64,000 bases of DNA from positions 16,158,543-16,222,542 of the forward strand of contig CM119267.1 in assembly GCA_051294375.1 (NCBI GenBank). Direction: 5' to 3'. The notes under the pieces are model-generated. The model had not been told where the DNA came from. It saw only the letters and a list, made by a program, of their open reading frames with translations, and made no database searches. Origin of the DNA: Paraspadella gotoi. Taxonomy: Eukaryota; Animalia; Chaetognatha. This document shows, piece after piece, positions 27,056 to 38,720 of the stretch (within the stretch, counting starts at the first letter, position 1; the number at the start of each line of letters is the position of its first letter). A program made the position numbers and the translations under genes.

Positions 27056-28326
27056 TCGTAAGAAAAATATTGGGGGTAGGCTGAAGTCCTGGTTGCCGCA
27101 CGTTGGTGTGTACGATCTCAATTTAATTTTTCCGCTAAAAGAGCGTGGTTTCCGACGAATTACAGAGTTAGTGGTAAATGGCGTGCTCCAACTGCGTCCT
27201 GACAGGAAATACCTTATCCAAGTTCCACGTATTAATTATTATATAAATCTGAAATCGAGACAAGAAATATTAGAACAAGGGGTAATTGCCACGTATCGTG
27301 AGCTTTAATTACTTTCAGTGAACTTATTACACAAAAAAATCAACTGTATGCTCAAAATATGAAACAGTAAAAAAGAGCAAAAATAGAAAATCCACTTAGA
27401 AAAGTTGTAGATGAATCCAGCAAAATGTTTGGTGAGTCCTGTAATCCACTTTAAAATTGAGAACCTCTTTTGGCTAACCTTCCAAGTCTTTAGATATTAA
27501 GCCTTCAAGTCTTAACTAGACGCCTTTAAACCGGCGGAATTATTTTAACCCCTTAAGCTCCTATGGGACTTTTTAACCACCTTAGTCTTTAGAGACTATT
27601 ATAATATTGGGACTATAGACCGGATTTTTCTCAGTCTCTCCTGGACTTGAACGGTTTTTTTTAATCTTTCTCGGATTAGAGCCGGCTTTTCCATAGTCTC
27701 TCCCTGGACTTGAACGTTTTTTTAAAGAACCTTTTTCCCAGCCCGGACAGAGTTTCACCTTACACAGCCTAGTAGGTCTCAGCAAGACTCTCTGCAAGAG
27801 GTCTGCAGTGGCTCTCCTTGATAACGCTAGACACCTTCTGGGTCAAACCATGATCAGCGCGCCCTTGGGTGCTAGCTCTTGCATTTTGAGAGGGCTAGAA
27901 CTCAACCGATCCTGTTGGTTTTTACTGATGCTTTCACGCACTATTCTTTGGCTTTTTGTTCCAAGTGCTAATCCTAAAAGTTAGGGGTCATGTAAAATTC
28001 AATAGACGGTGATTCGTTGTTGCTTTTTGCTAAAAGCTACTTAAATTAGAGAAGGCCTCATTAAGAGTTTCCCTCTGCTTTTTGGCGTTTTGCGTTAGCC
28101 AATTCAAAAAATTAGATAAGCCTAGGTAATTCTGTCTGGCTTTTGCTCGTTGCTATCATTCAGCTAAAAGTTTAGTCTCATTGTTGAAATAAGGTGTACT
28201 GTTTCATTTGAAAAGGAAAACAGTCTATTCGCTTATTTACGCTCTACAATTAATCGAGTTCATTCTAGTGATATAAAATATATTAAACTACTCAATAAAT
28301 TACCCCAGCGTCATTTGTTTATTACA
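27056..28326 (-). repeat. 3' LTR of gypsy element (~1.27 kb)
   Basis: Collinear with 33565-34638 (e.g. gtcctggttgccg, gagactattataa, gctacttaaattagaga); ends TTTATTACA on +. Confidence 0.88.
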
Positions 28327-28338
28327 TCCTCCCCCCGG
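28327..28338 (-). promoter_or_regulatory. Polypurine tract of gypsy element
   Basis: The - strand reads GGGGGGAGGA immediately before TGTAAT of the 3' LTR. Confidence 0.85.
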
Positions 28339-28859
28339 TCTAGGCTTTCTGCATGTCCCTCAATGACACATTTAAACAATTTGTAGGCTATGATTTCAAA
28401 CTCTGTCATTGCATCCATAGTCTGCTGCCTATTTTCATTAACAGAAGGTACAGGTGGCCTTTAAAACCCGGTTGTCCATTAAAGGTAATTGCCTCCAAGG
28501 GTCGTGCACCTAAACTGATAATAACTGATATAATTAGGACCCTTCCTTGGGCGTTGTTTTCACTAATTCATGTCTTTGGTCAGCTTAGATAAGTGTTTCT
28601 AGCGGATTGTTAACCAATGCTACCACTGGTTCTTCGTCTCTCATATCTCCTTGTCTATGAAGTAGCTCCACCATCTCCTTGGGCAAAACAAACTCGTGGT
28701 GGATGAATGCTTGTGCCGCGCTGCCAAGTTGATATTTTTTCTTGGGCTTCTACTAGCGCTGAGTGGCCATTACAGTAGGCGGGTATCCTTCTAAGTTTCC
28801 TCCGTCTAGATACACTCCTTTTTCATCTTAGATGNNNNNNNNNNNNNNNNNNNNNNNNN

Positions 28860-29206
28860 GTATGGGAGGGGGGACATATTTTGGTGGGTGGGTGGGTAGC
28901 GAGGCTGATTGAAATCTTCTGTCATTAAACATTTTATAATTACGGGGGCAGCCTATCAGTAGCCAAAAGTAAACGGTTTTCTATTATTTTCATTATTTGT
29001 TTATTTGGCGGAAAGAAGACAAATACATAACGAATCGCACCATCGACTTAAAACGTGAGAGCCAACGACGACGACAACGACGACGATAACTAAGACGACG
29101 ATACCAAAGAAACTCTTTTATTTTCTGTTCCTCGCATCATTTTGCATTTGGGTTTTTCATTTGGGAATCAGGAGAGAAAAGAAAAAGAAGCGTAAGCACA
29201 GATCCC

Positions 29207-29239
<33 letters not shown>

Positions 29240-29612
29240 GGAGAGAGAGAGAGAAAGAGAGAGAGAGGGAGAGGGAGAGAGAGTTAGACGTTACCATCGG
29301 CGGCAGAAGTCGCGCGCGAGGAAGCCTCGCGGGTGTCGCACACAGGTGTCGCTCAGGTGCCGCGCGTTGGGAGCAAATTCGTCGTCGTCGTCGTCGTCGN
29401 NNNNNNNNNNNNNNNNNNNNNNNNNNNNNNNNNNNNNNNNNNNNNNNNNNNNNNNNNNNNNNNNNNNNNNNNNNNNNNNNNNNNNNNNNNNNNNNNNNNN
29501 NNNNNNNNNNNNNNNNNNNNNNNNNNNNNNNNNNNNNNNNNNNNNNNNNNNNNNNNNNNNNNNNNNNNNNNNNNNNNNNNNNNNNNNNNNNNNNNNNNNN
29601 NNNNNNNNNNNN

Positions 29613-29647
<35 letters not shown>

Positions 29648-29938
29648 TCAATTAAAGTAAAGAAAAAGAAGAAAAAAGAGGCGCGTGAATTCAAATTTGA
29701 AAATAAAGTACTACGACAAATAAACTTTTAAAAGTGTCGCCGCCGAAGCCGGTTTGTCCAACTCAGTCGTTGTCGACGCCAAAATCGTGAGCGGCGTCGT
29801 TCGGGTTGCGAAGAATCGGGAGGCGTCGGAGTCCGGCGCCGCCCGACAAATGGCTACAAATGGCAAAAATGGCAAAAATGGGGAAAAATGGAAAAGAAAA
29901 GGCGCCGGCGGAAAAAGGGAGGGCGAGATTTTTTTTTT
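28860..29938 (+). repeat. Duplicate of the flank at ~34751-35683, lying inside the gypsy element
   Basis: Collinear match from gtatgg.agggggg..atattttggtg through gggcgagatttttttt; begins at an N gap and ends abruptly at RT sequence. Confidence 0.9.
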
Positions 29939-29939
29939 A

Positions 29940-31340
29940 GCACTCTCCTAGAATCTCCTCCATTTAATGCTTTGATAACTTGGTTGGCCCGAACTTTAAG
30001 CCAAACGGAAAGTCTTTATAAACTCAAATAGCCCTTTCCTAGTAAGAAAGGCCGTTATTGGCGCGATTCCTCTCCAAGGGGATTGATGATACCCTGGACA
30101 AAGATCTAACGTGTGAACATTTTGGCCACGAAAATTGATCATCGTTTGTTATATTAAGGCAACGGATGGGCAATGGGCACGCACATGATTAATGCTCGTA
30201 ATCATGCACAGTAGCACCGGTTTTCGTTCCCCCTTCACAAGATAAAACTATTCTGGAGTTCCATTACTTTGGAGGGCTGTACTGATATCTTGTTGTTCTT
30301 CAGTTTCTGGCTTCTTATCTATAAGGCATTCTTTTTCACTAAATTTAACGCATTTTTCTGCTTTAAGGATTAGTATTATGGTTTAGGATTATTTTTGTCA
30401 GTCTTAGTATATGGGCTACTCGGTCGATCCTCCAACTGAAAGACTTCTTTATGCTCATCTAATTTTTCTTAACTAGCTTTTTCCTCATTCAACTAAGCTC
30501 TGATTTTATCTATAGCCGCATAATTTATACCATCATCTTAGTTATTTAAACTTATCAATAATCCTCATAGACCATGTATCATTCTCATCGTCAGATCTCT
30601 AACACCTGCAGGAATTTTTCCTCATGAAATTTTTCCCATCCCCCATGATTTATAATATAGGCATAATCGGAACGTGAAAAGGCAATGCAAATCCTCACCT
30701 TTCACTAAAGCCAACTACGGGTCCTTGGTTTATTACTTAGAGTAATTACACTGCTGTAGCTATGGTCAAAATATTAGCATTAATAATATTTCCATATATC
30801 TTTAAATGGCTTGAATAATACTTTCGCCTTATTTATTAAGCCTCAATTTCTACCTAATATCACAAGCAGATTGTGGTGCGCAGGAACGACATCTCTGCTA
30901 TTCACCTTTCTTACAACCCTCTGTCCTTATACATATAAATTTAAATATGCATTTGCCCGCCTTAGGTTGGAAGCAGTACCATTCTGCTAAATTACATTAA
31001 ATGAATGATGGACATAACTCATCTAATCTCAATAGACATTGAATTTCTAATCCCCTATAAATAAACACTCTCTAATGTAGGCTGAATAAATTCGTTTAAT
31101 CAACCCATAAAATAATATAAGGTATTTTACTATCCTATGCACTGATTCTTTGTCACCATTAACTGCCTCATAAGCTGTGAACATGAGGGTGTAAAATATA
31201 CTTTTTACTGTAAATTAATTCATATCAATAACTTTCTTGTGACTATAAGTTTTCGAACGCTAGCAGTATCAAAGCCAACTAGGTTTTCTAATACCCTTTA
31301 CCTACAGTGAATTATAGTGTAAGTAGGAGAGATCTGGAAT
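29940..31340 (-). pseudogene. pol: Gypsy pol fragment: protease and N-terminal RT, truncated before YxDD
   Basis: On -: GFDTAS protease-like motif (31259-31276); RT LDLCPGYHQ.PL.EESR..TAFLTRKGLFEF...PFGLKFGP (~30110-29985), matching the gypsy consensus LDLxxGYHQ...TAFxTxxGxFEFxxMPFGL. Confidence 0.85.
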
Positions 31341-31899
31341 CGTCATAACTTTCTTTCGTTCTACTATTTACAGATCCTTTCATCTGCGGCGTTCTTCCTC
31401 CAACCCACACAAAAATTATCCCTCGGCCGGAGTGGATTTTTTCAAATTTCTACATTTGAAATTTTTTCCTCATGGGACTTATTTATTCTTTTCTTACGTT
31501 TAACTCTTCATTAAACTACTGTTACTTTGGGGCTTCTCCTATTACTTTAAACTTGTGTTCACCCGTTTATTTTTGGGATTATATTTTTCTCAAGATTTGA
31601 ATGTGTTTTAAAATACAACGGACCTTTGTTTTCTTTACTGCGTTACCCCTGTTAATTTCGCTCTCTTAGTTTCATTTTTAATCCAGGCATGCCCCCTCGC
31701 GGGGGGCTAATTTTATTTAAAGGACCGTGGCATTAGATTTGCCGGTTGTAACGCTGGGATTGTGTAGGGCAAGCTCCGTCTGATTATCCTGTCTTAAGCG
31801 GGTTTTTTGAGCCTCACCCAATCTCTGTGTTTTCGCTGCAAACCTAAATCCTCTTTTCTCTGATCCTCCCCTTTGTTATTTTTTAATAAGGTAAATTGT

Positions 31900-33200
31900 C
31901 TGCAAATTGTAGAGGACAGTCTTTCAAATGCCCTTTTCTTTCAGAACGTAACATGTAGTTCCTATCCCTATTCAGTTACTGTCACTTCGTGCTCGCTCAT
32001 ATTTCCATTATTACATATTGATACTATTTTGATTTCCTAATTCATAATTATTTCCTCATTACCCAGTTATGTTATTTGATAGGTTTTATTTTATTTACCT
32101 TGGATTTTGGTACCTTCTCCATTCAACTTTCCTATAAAACTATTTTGTGCGATAACATGTTCATCAGCCTTTCTATAGCTTGAATCTATAGAGGGCTTCT
32201 TGAACCCAGCGGTCGGCTTTAAAAATCTTACGTGTCAGGTCAGTGAAGTGGATCTATATATTAAATCTCGATCATATCTCAACTGCAAAGTTCCGGCTGG
32301 GGGATTCCATGCTGCCCTTCCTAATATACTGCGATACACCTACATAAATGTAGTTGATACACTAAGGCTTTCTTGGGTGTTTTGATATAACAGAAAGATA
32401 ATAACTTCGCTTTATTTTTAAATAAAATACAGACGACATAAAATGAGGATCAGCGATTGCCTTCTATAAAAAAAACAAAAAAAAATAAAAAAAAAAATAA
32501 AGATAAAAGAAAAAAAAAAAAAAAAATAAAAGAAAAAAGCTTATATTTTTCACTTTGCCGTAAAAAAAGGTCAATATACAGGCCTTTTGCGGCCCCATTC
32601 AGGCTGGTGGTAGGCGGCTCGAAGCATATGTCTGTATATCCAAACCGTAAAGTCATGACTGCCTGTAATCTTATCCACCTCATAAGAACCAATCTCACTC
32701 CGATCTAACGTATGAGTACTTCTTGTTATTAATTGTGGCGAATTTATCTATGAGAAATTCGTACGTTTCAAAGTTTCTGATGCCAGAAGAGGTATGCCAT
32801 ATCATCCCTGATGAAAGTATTTTTGTTTTGATTAAGATAGTCCCTATACTGTATCCTTATCGGACGAGTGATCCTGCGCCTGCCGCGTATGCTTTTGAAT
32901 TATATTTATATTCCGTGCACGTATTTCCTCATTTTGAATTCTTAATCGTGGAGATCATTTTACCCATCTCTCTTATTTAACGCTTACGCCGATCTCACAC
33001 CATTTTCAGGTACTTCCGCTTTATCGTCGGTGTTCCTTGCAAACAACCTGGGAATTCTAGCATTACGCAAATAATCTGGTCTTTGGGGTGTTTCCTAATC
33101 ATCTCCCCTAAACCCGCTTATGTATACAATGAAACTTATAATTTTGTTAAACCGCACTATATTGTTCATTTAGCTGCCTTCTCTTTTCGCTGTAATCCTC
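31900..33200 (-). pseudogene. gag: Gypsy gag (frameshifted) with CCHC zinc knuckle
   Basis: On -: CYV...KGHLKDCP-like knuckle at ~31912-31958, located between PBS and protease. Boundaries approximate. Confidence 0.65.
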
Positions 33201-33545
33201 GGATTTTTTATTTTCCATAAAAATCGTATAAACAACTCTTAACGGTTTATATTTCTTTTCTCTAAGAGTATGTAACACCACAAATTAAAATATCCGGAGC
33301 GTCCCGTCATCTCAGCACTCGTAACAACAATATTTATGTATTAAACACGTTCAGTGACTGGGCGAAAATGGCGCTAAGGATGTTAACGCGTTTGTATTAC
33401 ACCATTACTTATTACTAGGGTTGATATGGTGACTCACTGTCACCTACGCCAATTATACGTTGGTTATATTACTTTATATTGTTTACCGGAACGTGCCTAC
33501 TATCAAACGGTATTGCTTAAGAACCATGGAACTCACCGATTAGAA

Positions 33546-33560
33546 CCACGTTGGGCGCCA
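33546..33560 (-). promoter_or_regulatory. Primer-binding site complementary to the tRNA-Lys 3' end
   Basis: The - strand reads TGGCGCCCAACGTGG, 4 nt downstream of the 5' LTR end; this is the well-known tRNA-Lys(1,2)-type PBS. Confidence 0.92.
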
Positions 33561-33564
33561 AGGT

Positions 33565-34638
33565 TGTAATAAAAATATGGGGTGGCTGAGTCCTGGTTGC
33601 CGGCGTTGGTGAATGTAGTTTTAATTCGTAAGAGCTGGTTATCCGACATGTACAGAGTGGTGGTAACATGGCGTGTCCACACTGCTCTGACCAGGAAATC
33701 CTTACCAGTTCACGTATTTTAATTTTATTAAATTGAAATGAGAACATAGAATATTGAGAACAAGGGTATTGCAGTATTACTTGTATTACTCAGTATACAA
33801 ATTATCATAAGAATCAATGTATGTCAAAATATGAAAGGTAAAAAAGCGCAAAAATAGAAATCACTTAGAAAGTTGTAGAAAAAAAAATAATAAAGAGTCT
33901 GATAATGCCACTTTAAATAAAAGACCCCTATATATGGCACAAATCACAGAACTTGAAACGTTATTAGCCTTACACGTCATTACAATAGACAAACCGAATA
34001 TTAACCGTTAAGTCTATGGGACTTTAACACTAGTCTTTTAGAGACTATTATAAATAATAGGCTTAGACGTTTCATCTCTAATAATAGATATTTATCTTTC
34101 TCGGACTTAGCGTTTAGGTATCTCATAGGAATGAAAAGATATTTATTAGATTTTAACGAAAAGAGTTTTCCCACCTATATAACAACAGAGGGTCCTCGCA
34201 GACTCTCTAGAGTCTGCAAGTCTCCTGCCTTATATGAACAACAATTCTGGTACATGATCAGCCCTTGGGTCTTAGCCTCTTGCAAAAAACATTATGGAGG
34301 CTGAAATCAACTATCTTGTTGGTTTTAACTAATGCATTATTATCTTTTGGCTTTTGCAGTCGTAAATAGGTATAAAATTTAATGCTTTTGCTTTTGCTAA
34401 AGCTACTTAAATTAGAGAGCTCATTAGAGTATCCCTCTACTTCATGCTTTGCTTAGCAAATCAATTAGAATAGCCTAAATTATAATTCTGTCTGCTTTTG
34501 CTTGCTTATAGCTATTTGTCTCATTTTTATGCTTTTTCTCAATGGAACAAAGTATTGCTTATTAGTTAATTTCAGTTTCTTGAACTATAAATATATAAAC
34601 TACTAATTAAAAATTAACCCAAACTATTTTTTATTACA
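33565..34638 (-). repeat. 5' LTR of gypsy element (~1.07 kb)
   Basis: TGTAATAAAAA...TTTTTATTACA, an 11-bp perfect terminal inverted repeat; adjacent to the PBS. Confidence 0.9.
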
Positions 34639-36683
34639 TATATACATTTTTTTTAAACCGAAGGGGAAAAAACCGCGCGAGTATCATCGTTAGCGGAGAG
34701 ATATTGACGAGATATAGTGAGGAGTTCGATGGGAGGGTCGGGATTTTAGAGTATGGAGGGGGGGGAATATTTTGGTGTGGGTGGGTAGCGAGCTGATTGA
34801 AATTTCTGTCCATTATAACGTTTATAATTAAGGGGCAGCCATCAGAACAAAAGTAAAACGTTTTCTATTATTTTGATTTTATTTGTTTTTTGGCGAACAA
34901 GACAAATACATAACGAATGCACCATCGACTTAAAACGTGAGAACCAACGACGTCGATACGACACGCATAACTAAGCGCGATACAAGAGACTCTTTTATTT
35001 TTCTGTTCCTATAATAATGCATTTGGGTTTTTTCATTTTGGGAATCAGAGAGAAAGAAAAAGAAAGCGTAAAAAGCACGATCCCGAAAAGGACGAGAGAG
35101 AGAGAGAGAGAGAGAGGGAGAGCGAGAGAGAGAGAGAGAGAATATAGACGTCTACCATCCGGGCGCAGAAGTGCGCGTCGAGAAAGCTCGGGGACTGTCG
35201 CACACAGGATGTCAGCTCAGGTGCCGGCGATTGGGAAAGCAAATTCGTCGTGTGTCGTTCGTAAGTTGTCGCGTTGACACTTGAATCATCGATCGGAAGC
35301 CGCTTTTTTTTTAAAATTTTACTTTAAATCCGATGAGAGAAAGAGAGAGAGGAAGAGAGAGAGAGAGAGAGAGGAGAGAAGAGAAAGGAAGAGAGAAAGA
35401 GAGATGAGAGAGAGATAATCAATAAAGTAGAAGAAAAGAGAAAAGAGGCGCGTGAATTCAAATTTGAAATAAGTATTAACGAAAATAACTTTTAAAGTGT
35501 CGCCGACGAAGCGTTTGTCCAATCAGTCGTTGTCGAGCCAAATCGTGAGCGGCGTCGTTCGGGTTGCGAAGAATGGAGGCGTCGGAGTCGGCGCCGCCCG
35601 ACAAATGGTACATGGCAAATGGCAAAATGGGGAAAAATGGAAAAAGAAAGCGCGGCGGAAAAAGGGAGGGCGAGATTTTTTTTTGGGAAGGAGAGAGAGA
35701 GAGAGAGAGAGAGAAGAAGAGAGAGAGACGAAAGAGAGAGAGAGATGAGGAGAGAGAGAGAGAGAGAGAGAGAAGAGTAAAAACGGATAAAATAAGAAAT
35801 GGGGAAGATGAAAGGAAACAGAAAAAAAACTGATGGAACGGAGGGAGGGATGAGTGGTGCGGGAGGGAGACTAAAATGGCGGAACAAAGGAAAGAATAAA
35901 AAATGGAAAAAATGGAGGACGGGGATTCGGGAGAATGGAGAAGGGGCAAGGGGGGGGGGCAGGGGAATAGAAGAGAGTGAAAAATGGGTTAGATGTTGGA
36001 TGGAAAGCATTAAAGAGGAAAAAAGGAGTTTGTTTTCGATATTGGCAGGGTTCGGCCTTCCTCTCCACTTTTCAAAAAAAAAAAAATGATAAAAAGATTG
36101 ATTTGGGAGAGAGAGAGAGAGAGAGAAAAGGGAGAGAGAGAAAATAGAAACGGAAAAGGCTCTTGTTTTTTAAAGAAGAAATGCGTCTAAATTTGGCGAT
36201 CTTACAATATTTCGGATTAACGTTGGTCGTCTTATTATTCTTAATATCACGGCGAAAAAAACTTTTGGGAGATGCTTTATAACGTCCATCGATTAGATCT
36301 GCACTCTCTCTCTCTCTCTCTTCTCTTCTCTCTCTCTCTCTCTCTTCTCTCTCTTCTCTCCCTCTCTCTGCTCTACCACGTCTTTTCAAATCGCATATTT
36401 AGTAACGCATTACAAACTAAAATTTTGGCTTAAAAAAGATTTCGCCTTCGCAACAGGAAGGGAACTAGAAACCGTCAGCCTTGCCGAACGCCACTTTTTG
36501 CCATCTCCTACGATTCTCTTAGACTTGCCATGCCACTCCCGACATTTCGTCTAAATCCCTTACGTCTACCCCCCACCTTCAAAAAAAAATATGTCGTTGG
36601 GGGATTTTCGCGCTTTTCTGCGTCTAAGTGGAGGCGCAAAGGTCCCGGCAGGCTTTCGTCCTCCCCTCGAACCGCGTGCTACG

Positions 36684-36915
36684 CCGACCACCGACCGACC
36701 GACCGACGACCGACCGAACCGACCGACGACGACGACGACCCGACCGACCGACCGACGAGACACGACCGACCGACCGAGACCGACCCGACGACCGCCGACC
36801 GACCGACCGACCGACCGACCACCGACCGGAGCGACCGGACCGACCGACCGCCGGACGACGACGACCGACCGACCGATTGACCGACCGACCGACGACCGAC
36901 GACCACGACCGACCG
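36684..36915. repeat. Compound (CCGA)n/(CGA)n microsatellite
   Basis: Direct reading; explains the PTDR-repeat pseudo-ORFs. Confidence 0.92.
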
Positions 36916-38603
36916 CCCGTTGCTCTTCAGATTTCCCCCCCCATTAAGGGTCGTGCTTCCGGTTTCCCATAGACAAGAGTACTTCAGATCCTGNNNNNNN
37001 NNNNNNNNNNNNNNNNNNCTGTTCTTCGTTATGCTCTTTCGAACTGTTCTCTTCTTAGCTATTGTGAACGGATGGACGCCGTTCGTGATGTCGCACTCTC
37101 GCTCCAAACAAGAGGCGTACAAACTACTAATTCATTCCGAACTCCACGAACCTCGAAGGCCCCGCTTACTCAGATTTCGGATGCTCGGCCCTCTCGAATT
37201 ATAATCCTTTTATGTATAATGTAAAAATTGCTTAAAGAATAGCCAAAGTAATTAGTTCTTGTATGAAGAATAAGGAGTTTTAAATTATTAAAATATATTA
37301 ACTTATTTCCATCGGTCATGTTGTGGCGCCAGAGCTTACGTACACGAGCCTTCGACCCAGTGATTAAAGTTCCGAGAACGATCCTTTATTACCAGCGAAA
37401 AAGGCAATGAGACCCCAAAATAGCACATTTCTTCCATCCTACAAAAACGTTCACATTCCTCACATCTGCAACAGCATTTCTCCATCGCTCCCCGATTTTT
37501 CACTCTCTTCGACGAAAACTTCAGCGCCGCCGCCGCCGCCGCCGCCGCCGCAATCGCCGCCGCCGCCGCCGCTCGTCGGAGACAAAAAGTGAATAGATGA
37601 CCCCTGAGGGAGGGGCAAGGGGTCGAGCCCCCGGCGGGCCGTGACATCCCCGGGGGCCCGAGGGGGGGATCAGGTCCCGCGGGGAAGAGCGAAGACTTGA
37701 ATTTGATTCAGTGGAAGAGAGAAGTTGGTGGAAGAGAGGATTTTGGAGGAAGATTCTTAATTCTCAAGAGAGAGAGAGGGTGGATGTGGAAAAAGAAAAT
37801 CCTTCTAGCTTCATGTAGGAAACTGGAATTGCCAATTTACGTAGAAGAAACGTCAAATGAAAAACGGATTTGTTATCGAATCAATTATGTATGTTTGAAA
37901 TACATGTAATTTAAAATTTGTATTCTATTAACTTATGAAGAGGAAAATTTAGAGGAGGCCGAGGATGACATAAAATTTAATCATGGTGTTAGACAAAAAT
38001 GACGGAAAATCTGCTTTAAAAAGAGAGCGGTTCTGGCGAGCAACTTGCAAGATAAATATGCTGTACAGATATACAAGAATTTAAAAAAGTGCAATATGAT
38101 TATGTGTACATATCCAAAGAGATGTTCGTTGATAAAAAGCAGTGCTTCTCTTTTACACGAGCTCGTATCAGACGAAATACGAAGTCAAAGACCGAAAAGA
38201 CTGAAATCGGGACTTCGTCGAGGGACTGAGGGTGACAAGGGACGACGACGACAACGGCGATGACAACGACGACGACGACGACGACGATAAAACGATAACG
38301 AAGACGACGACGACGACGACGAAAATGAAGTTAATGAAGCCGAAAGAAACAGAAAAAAAATGACTCTAGGGAGAAAAAAAAATAGTCGTCGGGAAAAAAG
38401 TCGCGTCTCAATGCCACGTCATTTAGCGATGAAAGTGGGGGAGGGTGACACGCCGTGTCACTCTTCATTGCCACGGGAAATGGGTAAACGTTGCCTCGTC
38501 GCAAAGACCGTAACAAGGAGCAAAAAAGCAAGGAGCGTGACAACGAGCGTTTCCGGTGAAATAAAAATTTAAATAAAAGCGCGCGTCGCTACTCACGAAG
38601 CTG

Positions 38604-38720
<117 letters not shown>

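Larger units (their letters stand above)
27056..34638 (-). mobile_element. Ty3/gypsy LTR retrotransposon with long LTRs and tRNA-Lys PBS; pol interrupted
   Basis: Direct repeats at 27056-28326 and 33565-34638 with TGTAATAAA...TTTATTACA termini (leftmost end degraded). TATAT flanks both sides (27051-27055, 34639-34643). PBS, PPT, CCHC knuckle, protease and gypsy-type RT motifs all lie on the - strand. Confidence 0.92.

Noticed and set aside
18070-32820. CTGATGA occurrences as possible hammerhead ribozyme cores
   Set aside because: They fall inside retrotransposon coding regions, and I could not find the required stems and GAAA/NUH arrangement.
36530-37122. Overlapping ORFs with PTDR/TDRP repeats
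   Set aside because: Product of the (CCGA)n microsatellite, which is open in several frames.
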